NCBI GenBank assembly: GCA_003344405.1
Contig: NOWV01000135.1
Coordinates: forward strand, 1 to 64,000
Length of the DNA: 64,000 bases
Direction: 5' to 3'
Source: Trichoplax sp. H2
Taxonomy: Eukaryota
Part shown: positions 26,601-41,600 of the stretch, piece by piece
Numbering within the stretch: the first letter of the stretch is position 1
Layout: each line of letters opens with the position of its first letter
The notes under the pieces: model-generated
The model's input: the letters and a program-made list of their open reading frames with translations, nothing else
Databases searched by the model: none
What the model was told of the DNA's origin: nothing
Made by a program: the position numbers and the translations under genes

Positions 26601-29600
26601 AACCAAGTAAAGATCAATCGATATTACATACACTACAATCAACAATAGATAATTTCGAAGTTTCATCGCCTGTTAATAATATCGAATCTAATTCTGTCGA
26701 TATCATATCAGATAAAGTTTCAATTTATTCTGACGGATTATCACAAACGAATACACAAAACATCATGTATACACCGGAAGCATCGATACAAACAGAGAGC
26801 GACATAATAGCAGATATAACAAGTCAAGACGAAAACTTACAAGAAACACGAAGTACAACACTAATATCTGACGTCGATATAAAACTAAGTAGTACAATTG
26901 GAAACGAAGAAGAAGATAAAGAATCGACTAATATCGACAACATTATATCTGCAACAGGTAATGAAGTATCGACTATAATAATAAGTACACACAATTAAGT
27001 TATACTACTATATATATATATGCTAACATACATTATACAGTACTCGTAATTACACAATTATTTATTACATTTATAGTTACTGTAGTAGACATATAGTAAA
27101 ATTTGTACATAGTGTATATAGTATTAAAGACACTATTCAATATTGCAATAACTAATTAAACCCAGAATAGATTACATACTTAAGATATACGTTCTATATT
27201 ACATACTATAGACATACAAGAACCAAGTAAAGATCAATCGATATTACATACACTACAATCAACAATAGATAATTTCGAAGTTTTATCACCTGTTAATAAT
27301 ATCGAATCTAATTCTGTCGATGTTATATCAGATAAGATTTCAATTTATTCTGACGGATTATCACAAACGAATACACATAACATCATGTATACACCGGAAG
27401 CATCGATACAAACAGAGAGCGACATAATAGCAGATATAACAAGTCAAGACGAAAACCTACAAGAAACACGAAGTACAGCACTAATATCTGACGTCGATAT
27501 AGAACTAAGTAGTACAATTGGAAACGAAGAAGAAGATAAAGAATCGACTAATATCGACAACATTATATCTGCAACAGGTAATAAAGTATCGACTATAATA
27601 TTAAGTACATGCAGTTAAATCATACTACTGTATATACAGTACTCGTAATTACACAATTATTTATTATATTTATAGCTACTGTAGTAGACATATAATACAA
27701 TTCATGTATACTGTATATATTATTAAAGACACTATTCAATATTGCAATAACTAATTAAACTCAGAATAGATTACATACTTAAGATATACGTACTATATTA
27801 CATACTATAGGCATACAAGAATCAAGTAAAGATCGATCGATATTACATACACTACAATCAACAATAGATAATTTCGAAGTTTCATCGCCTGTTAATAATA
27901 TCGAATCTAATTCTATCGATATCATATCAGATAAAGTTTCAATTTATTCTGATGGATTATCACAAACGAATACACAAAACATCATGTATACACCGGAAGC
28001 ATCGATACAAACAGAGAGCGACATAATAGCAGACATAACAAGTCAAGACGAAAACTTACAAGAAACACGAAGTACAACACTAATATCTGACGTCGATATA
28101 GAACTAAGTAGTACAATTGGAAAAGAAGAAGAAAAAGAATCGACTAATATCGACAACATTATATCTGCAACAGGTAATAAAGTATCGACTATAATAATAA
28201 GTAGTACACACAATTAAGTTATACTACTGTATATACAGTACTCGTAATTACACAATTATCCATTATATTTATAGTTAGAACTTAGAAGACATAAAAGTAA
28301 AATTTATACATAGTATATATATAGTATTAAGGACAGTATTCAATATTGCAATAACTAATTAAACTCAGAATAGATTACATACTTAAGATATACGTACTAT
28401 ATTACTTACTGTATACAAGAACCAAGTAAAGATCAATCGATATTACATACACTACAATCAACAATAGATAATTTCGAAGTTTCATCGCCTGTTAATAATA
28501 TCGAATCTAATTCTGTCGATATCATATCAGATAAAGTTTCAATTTATTCTGACGGATTATCACAAACGAATACACAAAACATCATGTATACACCGGAAGC
28601 ATCGATACAAACAGAAAGCGACATAATAGCAGATATAACAAGTCAAGACGAGAACTTACAAGAAACACGAAGTGTAGTACTAATATCTGACGTCGATATA
28701 AAACTAAGTAGTACAATTGGAAACGAAGAAGAAGATAAAGAATCGACTAATATCGACAACATTATATCTGCAACAGGTAATAAAGTATCGACTATAATAA
28801 TAAGTACACACAATTAAGTTATACTACTATATATATATGCTAACATACAATATACAGTACTCGTAATTACACAATTATTTATTATATTTATAGCTACTGT
28901 AGTAGACATATAGTAAAATTTTTACATAGTGTATATAGTATTAAAGACAGTATTCAATATTGCAATAACTAATTAAACTCAGAATAGCTTGCATACTTAA
29001 GATATACATACTATAAATATATTACATACTATAGACATACAAGAATCAAGTAAAGATCAATCGATATTACATACACTACAATCAACAATAGATAATTTCG
29101 AAGTTTCATCGCCTGTTAATAATATCGAATCTAGTTCTATCGATATCATATCAGATAAAGTTTCAATTTATTCTGACGGATTATCACAAACGAATACACA
29201 AAACATCATGTATACACCGGAAGCATCGATACATACAGAGAGCGACATAATAGCAGACATAACAAGTCAAGACGAAAACTTACAAGAAACACGAAGTACA
29301 ACACTAATACCTGACGTCGATATAGAACTAAGTAGTACAATTGGAAAAGAAGAAGAAAAAGAATCGACTAATATCGACAACGTTATATCTGCAACAGGTA
29401 ATAAAGTATCGACTATAATAATAAGTACACATAATAAGATCATACTACTGTATATAAAGTACTCGTAATCACATAACTATTATACTTATAATTATTTTAG
29501 TAGACATATAGTAAAATTTGTACATAGTGTATATATAGTATTAAAGACATTATTCAATATTCGTAATAACTAATTAAACTCAAAATAGATTACATACTTA

Positions 29601-32600
29601 AGATATATGCACTATATTACATACTATAGATATACAAGAATCAAGTAAAGATCAATCGATATTATATACTCTACAATCAACAATAGATAATTTCGAAGTT
29701 TCATCGCCTGTTAATAATATCGAATCTAATTCTATCGATATTATATCAGATAAAATTTCGATTTATTCTGATGGATTATCACAAACGAATACACAAAACA
29801 TCATGTATACACCGGAAGCATCGATACAAACAGAGAGCGACATAATAGCAGATATAACAAGTCAAGACGAAAACTTACAAGAAACACAAAGTACTACACT
29901 AATATCTGATGTCAGTATAGAATTAAGCAATACTATTCAAAGCGAAGAAGAAAAATCGACTAATATCGATAACAGCATATTGACAACTGGTAATTTACCC
30001 ATCAACTGCAGTTCACTTAATACACCGTTTGTCAGATATATTACGCTATATAGTCAGTCACTCGATTATCAACCATGTTATAGAAGAATACTGTATAATA
30101 CCATCTACATGTAGAATTAAGCTATTCTTTGATATATATATATATATACTAATAAGTTAAACGCAAAATAGATTAAGAATTTTAGAAATTTTATAATTAA
30201 TACGTATATGTTATTAAATATTGTGTAGATATACAAGAATCAAGTGAAGATCAACCGATATTACATACTCTACAATCAACAATAGATAATTTCAAAATTT
30301 CATCATCTGTTGATAATATCGAATCTAATTCTATCGATATCATATCAGATAAAGTTTCAACTTATTCTGATGGATTATTACAAACGATTACACGAAACAT
30401 CATGTATACACCGGAAGCATCGATACAAACAGGGAGCGATATAATAGCAGATATAACAAGTCAAGACGAAAATTTACAAGAAACACGAAGCACTACGCTA
30501 ATATCTGACGTCGATATAGAACTAAGTAGTACAATTGGAAACGAAGAAGAAGAAAAACAATCCACTAATATCGACAACATTATATCTCCAACAGGTAATT
30601 AAGTATCACCTACGTTAATCAAATAAATAAAAATCATTTTGTTGTTTAATCACAAATGTAAGCTATGTTATAGCGGATATAGTAGCTAACTAAGTTCAGA
30701 TTAAAAATATATATCAATAACTATCGTTTGAGATTGATCTCTTATTGTACTTTTCTAACTCAATAGGTGGTAACGAAATCGTAGCAACAAAAAGTATCGG
30801 ATTTATGTACCATAGTTCTGATCAATCGGCCGTAACTGATGAATTTTCTTCAGTCGAAATATTTAACAATGCACTTAGTATCTCTGTAAACCATTCTAAT
30901 TTTCAAACGATACAAGAAAACTCTGATTTTGAACTAAGCAATGTAATATCGACAAATGGCTATGCATCTCTTCCACCTATTGAACTTTCAACTCGTACGT
31001 AATTTTGTTTTTTTGTCTTACTGTAAGCCAATTGCTTTAGTCCAGAGGATAAAATTTTTAGCCGTTACTATACTTTTTTTCAAAATTGACACTTTGTTCT
31101 ACTAAAATTTTAATTTAAATAGAAGAATATGCAAGTCGTAGCAATCATGAAACTTACTTACTACAAGCTTCATCTGACAGTATTAATGGCTTTACGATGT
31201 TCAATAGCTTATCTTCCCTGGTAGATAGTGTGTCATCGAATGGGAATTTCGAGCAGATAGCCTCTGTACCAGAGAGTGGTATATCTTCGATGGAATCTGT
31301 AAACGACGCTGTTACATTCACTAATGCTGTCGGACCCTTTCAATCTATCTTTAATTCTCATAATGATATTTCTCCATCGCAATGGAATAATATTGCGGGG
31401 GCCTCATACGCAGTAACTACTTCCGATCCACTCATCGCTTTTGTGGGATCAGTAAGTTCAGATCATTATTCACATACAATAAATCACGAGACGCAGTCTA
31501 TTCTGATTATGGCATCGACTGGTAAGTAGTTAGAATTGAAAGAGAGTAATCTGCTATTCTGCACTACATCAGATAACATTTCGAGATGTAATAAATCGAT
31601 TGCAAAATTATATAGAAACCAGTATAGTGCTACGAAGTCCTACTTCGTTATCGTTTCATCTATAGAATGGTAAATTTTGTTTTAATCTGGATGAGCTAAT
31701 TTCATGCAACTGTTATTTCTAGATTCCTCATCTGAAAGTAATAGTAGCGCACCAGATGACATCTATTCTGAAATTCGAGGTATTTAGCCCATGTGTGAAA
31801 GTTTCTGATACGCTTGCTGGATAAAGTGTGCCTTTACTTATAAAATGTTTTATTGCTACATCGCAATATTTTTATAAGGTTCCATTTCAAGCTCTGCTGT
31901 AGATACCTTAACTATCAGCATGAACAACTATTCAATGCTATCAAGCTCTACTTATCCGTTCCCGTTAGATCCTCATGAAACGCAATCAAGTACTCATACA
32001 CATTATGGCGAAAGCTATCGCGAATCTCCAGCCTCAATATTATTGGATCATAAATCTAACGTTACATCTTTCGTTCAAAGTTCTAATTTAGCACAGATAG
32101 TAAACATAACAGGTTCTGACGGGCTGGATAATGTTGAAACCTCTTCTTCAATTGTGGCTTTTTCTCCAACTTTCTTTAGTAGCTTTTATAGTGGTGATGG
32201 TAATATCTATGATCAAAGTTCTACCAATTCAATGATTGACGATAATATTGCCCCAGAGCCTTCTTCCGTCCTAGAGAGTAAGATGTTATGGCGTCATACT
32301 TTACATACAACGATTTGAAACTTAATTAATAACCTTAGTTATCCTGCATTATTCCTTAGACACTGAAACAATTTCGAAACAACAGACAATGGACGATTGT
32401 TCTACGAATATGAACTTATGTGATACAAATGCGATATGTACTAACACTCTTGGGTCATTTATATGCTCTTGTGTTACAGGATTCACAGGCAATGGAACAT
32501 TTTGTGAAGGTAAGGAATTTCAATCTTTATATTTACACTTTCTCTAATACCAATATCTGGAATAAGAATATTTCTTAGAAGCACAGTATTATTTTTATGA

Positions 32601-35600
32601 TAAGTAAATTTAGTTCACAGCTAGATGTAAAGAAAGGATTCTCCATTAACTAACATTAATTTTCTGAAATTGACTTCTTGTAAAAGCTGACGGTAGCGTA
32701 TAAAATTGTCGCAGTTTTACTATATAAATACCGTACTAATTATAAATCATAACATTTTGTTATGGCCAATGTACCATTAACCTGCAAAATCGCAGATATA
32801 AACGAATGCACTGGAAACGGTAGTCTTTGTGATTTAAATGCAAATTGTGTGAACTTTAATGGTTCATATAATTGTTCCTGCAAAACTGGTTATCAAGGAA
32901 ACGGAGTAGACTGCCTTGGTATGATCTGCATTTAATTAATCAATAAATTGTGTGCTATATAGCGATAAAAGTAAGGACAAGACTGATATGAAAATATATT
33001 TAACCTATATCAATAAGACATTAATGAATGTCAAGAAAGTCAAGATAATTGTCATCCAGATGCCCATTGCAACAATACGGATGGTTCGTTTGTCTGTTCG
33101 TGTAAAGTTGGCTTTTTTGGCAATGGAACTAACTGCTTAGGTGCGCATAACTTAGTTACTATAATACTATTGCGTATAGGCGGTTTCAAGGCCGACACAA
33201 CCAAATATGTTTTAATCACTTTCCTCTCAACCCTTACCGTGCAGATATAGATGAATGCTCTTTCAAGCAGGATCAATGTCATTCGCAAGCTATTTGCACT
33301 AATACGAAAGGATCTTATTCATGTCTCTGTAAAATGGGATATACTGGTAACGGTTTTGTGTGCGAAGGTACAATTTCAGTGAATAGTAGAAATTATTACA
33401 AAAACCTAAATTATCTCTGCCAAGATTGCACTGCGCTACAATAAAAGCGTTAATATCGGCTTGTGAGTTTTCTAAATATAGCCCTTATTTCGAAACAGAT
33501 ATTAACGAATGTCGCGAGGGTAGTCATGCATGCGATCGAAATGCTGTCTGTATCAATACCAACGGCTCATATTTTTGCTCATGCAAGGATGGCTATACTG
33601 GCAATGGAACTGCATGCTACGGTTTGCCTGATATTTTATAGCTAATTAAATATGAGTAATTCATTATGTTATTGAAAATGTAGACAAACTACAATAGTGT
33701 TGAATCAATTCTTATTTGATTCTAAATTGCCTTTAGGTAGCTTATGTGCACGTTTGCACAATTTTACTAAAACTACATTAAAAATTTATGCTTATCCTAT
33801 TTAGATATCGATGAGTGTTCACTTGGTTTGCACGATTGTAACATTTACTCCATATGCATTGATACTGTTGGCTCCTATGAATGTTCCTGCAAACATGGAT
33901 TCGTTGGTAATGGCAGTTACTGTCAAGGTATTATACAATTTTATTAAAATTTAAAGTTTATATTTCTAATAAGAATTGTACGCTTAATAAATATAGATAT
34001 TGATGAATGCTTGGAAAATAAGCATAACTGCGATGCAAATGCAGCATGCCATAATACCATTGGTTCTTATACCTGTTCTTGTAATACAGGATTTACGGGC
34101 AACGGCACATTCTGCAACGGTTTGTATTGCTTATCTAATAGTTACAAGTACATCAGTCTGTTTTGATAGATTTTTTGGGGTAATTTATTATGATATCTAG
34201 ATATAAACGAATGTACGGAAACAAAAAATGATTGCTCTAGCAATGCTGCTTGTAATAATACCATTGGTTCCTATTTTTGTGCTTGTAAAGTTGGATTCAT
34301 TGGCGATGGCGTTACATGCCAAGGTGACGAGAAGAGCTTTCTAACTCGTTGCTATATACAACCATTAGTAAATCAAGCTAATTTTACTAATATTACGAGG
34401 ATTATTGTCTATATTTGTTGCTTAGATTTGAATGAATGTGCAGCTATGGAACTCTACTGCCATAATAATAGCGTATGCTATAATACCTTTGGTTCGTATC
34501 ACTGCACCTGTAAAACTGGATTTACAGGAAATGGTAAAGTTTGCGAAGGTACTATACTTTTAATAGCTTTTCTGAAATCTTAATACTATGTTGAGTTCTA
34601 TAGCAATTATTACGCCTTAAAACTGACTAAATTGAACTTGAATTTAAATTAGATTTAAATGAATGTTCACAAAACCAGCACAACTGCGGTATTAATAGCA
34701 TTTGTAATAACACCATTGGTTCATACTCGTGTACTTGCAAACCTGGCTTTAGTGGTGATGGTAAAATATGTTTAGGTAATACTGATAATATATTTAGATA
34801 TTCTTTTTTTCGCATTGCCACAATCGCCTATATAGCTGAGAATTATTTGTAATAATAAACATAATCTTGACTAACTAGAATAATTTATATGATCTTCATA
34901 GATAATTTATCTATGCCTTTAACTCAATATTTTTTTAGATGTTAATGAATGTCTGAATAATCTGAATAACTGCCACAGTGATGGAATCTGCAGTAATACG
35001 ATCGGTTCATATATTTGTACATGTAAATCAGGATTTACAGGCAATGGATTTCAATGTCAAGGTCATAATTCGTTATTATTCTAGCTAGAATTTGCTTCGT
35101 GTACTATTTTTATATCTAAGACTCTGATTTTAAACAGATATCAATGAGTGTACAGCTAGCAACTTTGTATGCCATAGTAAAGCATTTTGTTCTAATACGA
35201 TTGGTTCTTATAAGTGTACCTGTAAGACCGGCTTTACTGGTAGCGGAAAATACTGTACCGGTTCGTTATATGATAATATTAGGATGTTGTGATTAAATCA
35301 TTATATCAACAAAGGCTTCACGTTAACAATTAATGTTTTTATCAGATATAAATGAATGCCGTATTTCAAATAAGTGTAGTAAATTAGCTAACTGCTACAA
35401 CACATATGGTTCGTATGACTGCGTTTGTAAGTACGGGCTGCAAGGCGATGGGCATTGGTGTGGCCAGACAGGTACTTATTATTCAGCTTGTTTCAAGTAA
35501 TCATATATTAAATTAAATAATCAATTGGCATAATGTTACCCATTTTCAAATGGGTTAAATAGGCACTCGCTTATATCCTTATGGTACGCAATTTGGACAT

Positions 35601-38600
35601 AATTGGTTTGGTAGAACTGATCAGGGTTACGCATACCTTTACATACCCGAAGGCATATACTTCGTGCGATCATTGTATAGACGATTATATGTATGTAAAA
35701 TTTTGCATTTTTCGCCACACATGCGATCTGACCTAATTTAAAGAATAGCCCACAAAAAGGAAGTGTAAACTATGCCTATTGTAATTAATCAGTTAAAATT
35801 ATTACAGATATCAATTGACGGATATGTTTCACTGAAGTGGCCTTATGTGGGATATTGGCCAAAGCCCTTTCCCGAACCTCTTCGCCGTTCGATTATAGCT
35901 CCTTACTATGCTGACTGTGACGTTCGATACCAGAGTACCTCAAAAGTTTATTATAAACAATACTATAGTCATCAAAACGATCCGTTAGCACAAGAAATAA
36001 TAAAGAATGCAACCAATGATGTTAATCGCTTTCAACAGCGAATGAGATTTGATAATCAAAAAGCAAAGTATGGACGATTTCGACAAGTTGTCGCAAATTT
36101 TGAGGCTGCTCATGTGATCATAATCACTTGGCACAAAATGACTCCATACCCTGCTTGGTACTACTGGTACTACCCGTATTATCGCCAAGTTAGTAATTTG
36201 AACTTGCAATAAATTTTTTATTGTGGAAATGTTTATTTTACTTTAATTAATGATGCTAAATTAGAAACTAATTTAGCTCCTTTTATTTACCCTATTTAAT
36301 CTTATCATCAATTAACACAAAATGCTCATAAATTGTGTCAACTATTAAAATTTAAAATTTTCCCTAGTAAAATCTTTATCACATTTTACTTTCGTCCCTA
36401 CCGAAAATCGATCTGTTTTAAATTGATCGTGTAATTGTTAGTAAAATTAGTTCATCTTTCATGGCTGCAAAGAAATATATTTTAGGAATATTTTACAATT
36501 AGCGTATATTGCAGCTGCGAACATTTAATTTCTCGAATCAAATTTTGTCGATTGTAGTATAACACCTTCCAACTCGTCTTAGTGTCAAACGGAGAAAATC
36601 TGTTTGCTCTTTATAATTACGAAGAAAATGGCATAAATTGGTGGAAAAGATTTTGGTGGATAAGGCCACGTGTCGGTTATTCGTACGGCGTAAAGCCTTA
36701 TTTTTATGAAATACCGATATCGCGGCGAAGGCACCAAAGAGTCAGTATGATTGATCGTTATCGTGGTAACACTGGTGAACTCGGTAAATGGGCATTCCGT
36801 CTTGATGATCCCAATAGCCGACATGTAAATCATGCTTATCAATGCTATCGATGGTATTATGGTCAGAGCTATTCCTATTGGTACCAAATATTTTTACAGC
36901 CTTGTCCTTGTAGAAGCTGGCAAGCTATTTGGGATCCAAGATTTAGATTCGATTGGAGAACTCAATGTGCTACATCTAGGATCTCAGTTCCTGGTTGGGG
37001 ATGGTGGTGGTATTGGTGGTATTGGATCTATACGGGACGTTGGACTTCGCCATCTCCGGTATGACGTTGCAGTATTACCATAAATATAGAAGTAGAGTAG
37101 TAAACTGCAGTAATTTTAAAGTTTTCATAGAGGAAACTATCTGTTGCAAGAGATTCAATAAACTTTTATTATGGATGTAATTTATGATTGAAGGTTGGAT
37201 TACTCTCGTTAAGATTAATATTAGAATTCTACTTCTGTTACTATACCTGAATAAATTACAGGATAATTGAGGTCAAATTTATACTGTAAAAATTATAATG
37301 TATCCTTCGAACGATAGGTACGGCAGCGATGTTGCTATTCAACACAAAAATATTCTTGGGGAGCCTTATTGCGCAATTATCCTGACGGTAGCTCTTTTAG
37401 ATACAATTCTTGGTATTTAAGGCGACTTGATGAGAAAGCATACGACTCATGCTGTCGTCAAACTGACCTGTGCCACTTATATATAACAAGACGACCAATC
37501 AATTCTTGTGCAGGCTACTGGCCTCCCTGGTGGTGTAAGTCGCTTAAATCAGCTTTTAACATGTTTTAGATACAATAGTCTTTATCAGTTGAGCTTAATT
37601 CTCTTCTCAACTGTACACAGATAGTAAGAATGTTTTGATTCTGTAGCATTTATACGTCAACCTCTGTTATTATATTTAGCTTGGTTCTGGGGTGATCCGC
37701 ATGTTCAAACTCTCGATGGCAAAAGGTATACATTTAATGGGCTTGGAGAATATACGTTGGTAGATGCTAGCAATAAATACTTTGTCCTTCAAGGGCGTAC
37801 TATGAGATCTGTGGTAGCTAATAGCACTGAAAGAGCCAAAGCAACCGTATTTTCTGCTTTTGCGGCGACACAAAATGATTCCGATATTGTTCAATTGACT
37901 CTTAACGACACTTCGGATACTGTTTCATTGTTAATTAATAGAACTATTTCTATTAATGATGATAATCTTACCAATGTCACATTATCCTATAATAACGTCG
38001 ATATATCAAAATCGAACGGATCTTACCTTGTTGTCTTCTCATCTGGGATATCGTTGGAAATTAGTCACTTAACTAAAATGCTGACAATAGCTTTTGCAGC
38101 TCCTCAGTCTTTCCGTGAGACCACTAAAGGACTGCTTGGTACATGGAACGGTAATGTTTCAGATGACTTCCTACGACCTGATGGGACATATCTTGATGTA
38201 AATGCCACCGAAGAAGATATATATTACAGTTTTGGTGAAGAATGTATGTTATATAGCTGCAACACTAATGTTGTTTATTGTAATATTTGATATTATGACT
38301 TTTTCCTATATTCTATTTACTATATATATCTATAGGGAGAATAAATGATGAAGAATCACTATTTACATACCCAACTGGCATTAGTACAGACAATTTTACG
38401 GATCCGAATTATGTGCCTAATTTCTCTAAGGATCCAGAAGTTCTATTCAAAAATGATACTGAATTAAAAGAAAAAGCTCTAAAAATTTGTGGTAGTGACA
38501 GGACATGTTTATATGATGTCGCTGAAACTGCCAACTTGCAGCTAGCTGCTCGGAGCAAAGATATAGATCAACAATACGAAAGGGTACAGAAAGACATTGG

Positions 38601-41600
38601 TAATGCGGACTTTTCATAATATCGAATAATCTTTTAATAACTCTGATAGCTATTCGGTTTTACGTTAGATTATTTTTGTCTACTTTTATATGATTTTGTT
38701 TCTTTTTATGCGCTCAGAAAATTTTCCACCGAATATAACCGGTCAAAAGATCTATAATGTAACTTATGGCCAGCAATTTACTACGAAGTTAAACATCACT
38801 GATCAAAACGTCAACGACAACTTAACAATACAAATCAGTAATTTACCCTCTGATGCTTCGTTTAACAGAGACACTTCCAGATTTACATGGAATGTTACTA
38901 CCTATAGTAATATCTCTTTCGAATTTATTGCTACTGATTCAAAGAACTTAACAAGTATTTTTAAACCGACGATTGTTATGTGCTATTGTGCTAATGGTGG
39001 TACCTGCCAATACGAGTTAGTTAATATTTTAATTTTGTAACATGTCGAAAGATAGAGTTGAAGATAGTAAATACTAGTATTTCATGTTTCAGTAATCAAT
39101 TTGCTTTTATTCAGGCACCGCTATATTTCTCATTTTAAACGGTGTTGGATAGCTGTATGCTATATAGTAGAGAAAAATTTCATATCATGATTGTGAAATC
39201 ATTGCAATAGATGACAATTGAATTCTTGATAACTAGGCTCTAAAAAGAATTCATAGTTATTCTTGCGCAACATAAAATTAAAGATTGTGTGCTTGAAAAT
39301 ATTTCATTACTAATTTATCTATTAAACAGTTGGGAAACTAGTGATGTATCGAACAGCTACAGGCGAAATTGAAAACATTTAATATGTACTCTTGAAATTA
39401 TTTGGTAGGTTTGAGATTACGACTGTTAATGGCGAAGAATATGCTGGGTGTCGGTGTACTACTGCTTGGACTGGACGTTTTTGTAACGAAGATTTTGATG
39501 AATGTGCTGGAAACCCTTGTTACGAAGGCGTCAATTGCACCGGAAAGATTGCCCCAGAGAGTGGATACAGCTGTGGATCATGTCCTAACGGCCTGGAAGG
39601 AGATGGCGAGAAATGCTATGGTAATAACGATTTACGGAAATTGTTAGCAGTTTACGTTGTAATTAGATAGAGTAAAACGATGCGTTTATTACGAAGCTAC
39701 ACGCAAACATTTAGTAAGGCAGTTATAGTAAATGTTTCATGTTTAGGTATTAAAGTATCATCGATATCATCCATTTAATACTGAATATATATGATAACTA
39801 GGATTTTGGTATGCATTTTTATCAAGTCTATTCTTACACATAACTTTTACCCTTATTTAGATGTTGATGAATGCCTTATGGGAGTACACAGTTGTAATCA
39901 AACCTGCATTAATTCGATTGGTAGCTATACATGTCAGTGCAATATCGGCTTCAAAATAGCTACAAATCAACGTGACTGCGAGGGTAAGAGTTAGCAAATT
40001 TATTTTAAATACCGCCAAATACATTTTAATTTACCTGTAAAACTCCATTCAGCAATAACAAAGTTGTTGTTATATTTATGCGCATTATAATTTAAATGCA
40101 ATGATCAGATATTGATGAATGCGTACAATCTGAACCTTGCCATCAAATTTGTAACAACGAATATGGACATTATCGCTGTGCTTGCAATCCTGGATTTGAA
40201 TTAGATGATAATAATTCAACCTGCTTACGTGAGTATTATGAAGAATACGCACACGTATAATTAATATAGAATTCATTAATTTTGTATCTAATAAAATGCA
40301 TAATCATTATTAATCATTTTTCGATATACAATAGCTTACTGACGTATTAGGCCGTAAAATTATGATTATACAAATTCACTCATAGTACGCCATAATGTTT
40401 AATCTTAGCGTAAAGAAATAATTTTTTGGTCATGTTTAAATTTATTTTACGATTTGTTATTATCACAGACCTTGTATCCATACTCATAGCGCAAATTAAG
40501 TTCGTTGATTATTTAATTGATTCGTTTGAAAATGAATTTAATAGCGCTTATTATTATCGAGGCTTCTTTTAAAATTGTTCATATGTTTTAGCCCTGATTT
40601 CATGCGACCCGGGTTTAAGCAACTGCACTCAAATTTGTGCGGTGATCAATGATTCAGCAATCTGTAGCTGCAATAAAGGATATCATCTAGCTGAGGATAA
40701 TACTACATGTGATGGTAACTATTGCTTGGTTTTTCGTTTAGATAAATGACCTAGTACCTACAGTATTTCCACTTTATATTATTACCTTGAGGATAATTAT
40801 TTTACGAGTAATACTGACATATTGCAATTTAACTATCAAGACCACAACGAATGTGCTAATCCTTCGATATGTGCCCACTTGTGCACTAATACTATTGGAA
40901 GTTACTTATGTAGCTGTAAAAATGGCTACCAGCTTAGCAGTGATGGTAGAAATTGTCAAGGTAGGACTGAAAATCATTGTATTATATAATGAAATACTCT
41001 TTCGTAACCTTAAATTCGCTGTACTTTTCTGCTTACTAAAATAGCAAAAATTTTTCACGTTTAATAACAATTTGACCCCACTACATAGTTGTAATTTAAT
41101 TATAAGGTATAATATATATGATATGTAATAATCCTTTTCGCTCGATACTTAGCCATCGTAACGAACTAACTGCATAGAATTATGTATGCTGTCTTGCATA
41201 CTTTAAATACTTGAAAGCATCGCCTAAGCCAATGATACTCGATAGTAGGGGTTTCACAACTAGTATTTGAGAAAACATTTTTACTGAAATTTAAATGCTT
41301 TCGTTTTTCATATAGATATAGATGAATGTGAGACGGAGAATTCAACTTTATGTCACGAAAATTCTCTTTGCATGAACCTACCTGGATCATACTTTTGTGA
41401 ATGTGATGAAGGCTTTAAGCTATCAGGAAAACTTTGCGAAGGTATACACTGGCAGCCTCAATTCATTTTTTATGTAATTTAAAATTGACATGATGCGTTA
41501 ATTAATGAAGCAATCTAATCCAATCAGTCCCAGCCTGTATTTCTAACACTGTGTCTATGATTTCGCTGCGATAGATATCGATGAATGCTCTACTTCAAAT

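Noticed and set aside
25850-30594. Regular repeat-spacer look of the ~600-bp (and ~219-bp) arrays as a possible CRISPR or satellite
   Set aside because: The units are coding exons with GT-AG introns in a eukaryotic gene. There are no short invariant repeats with unique spacers and no cas genes.
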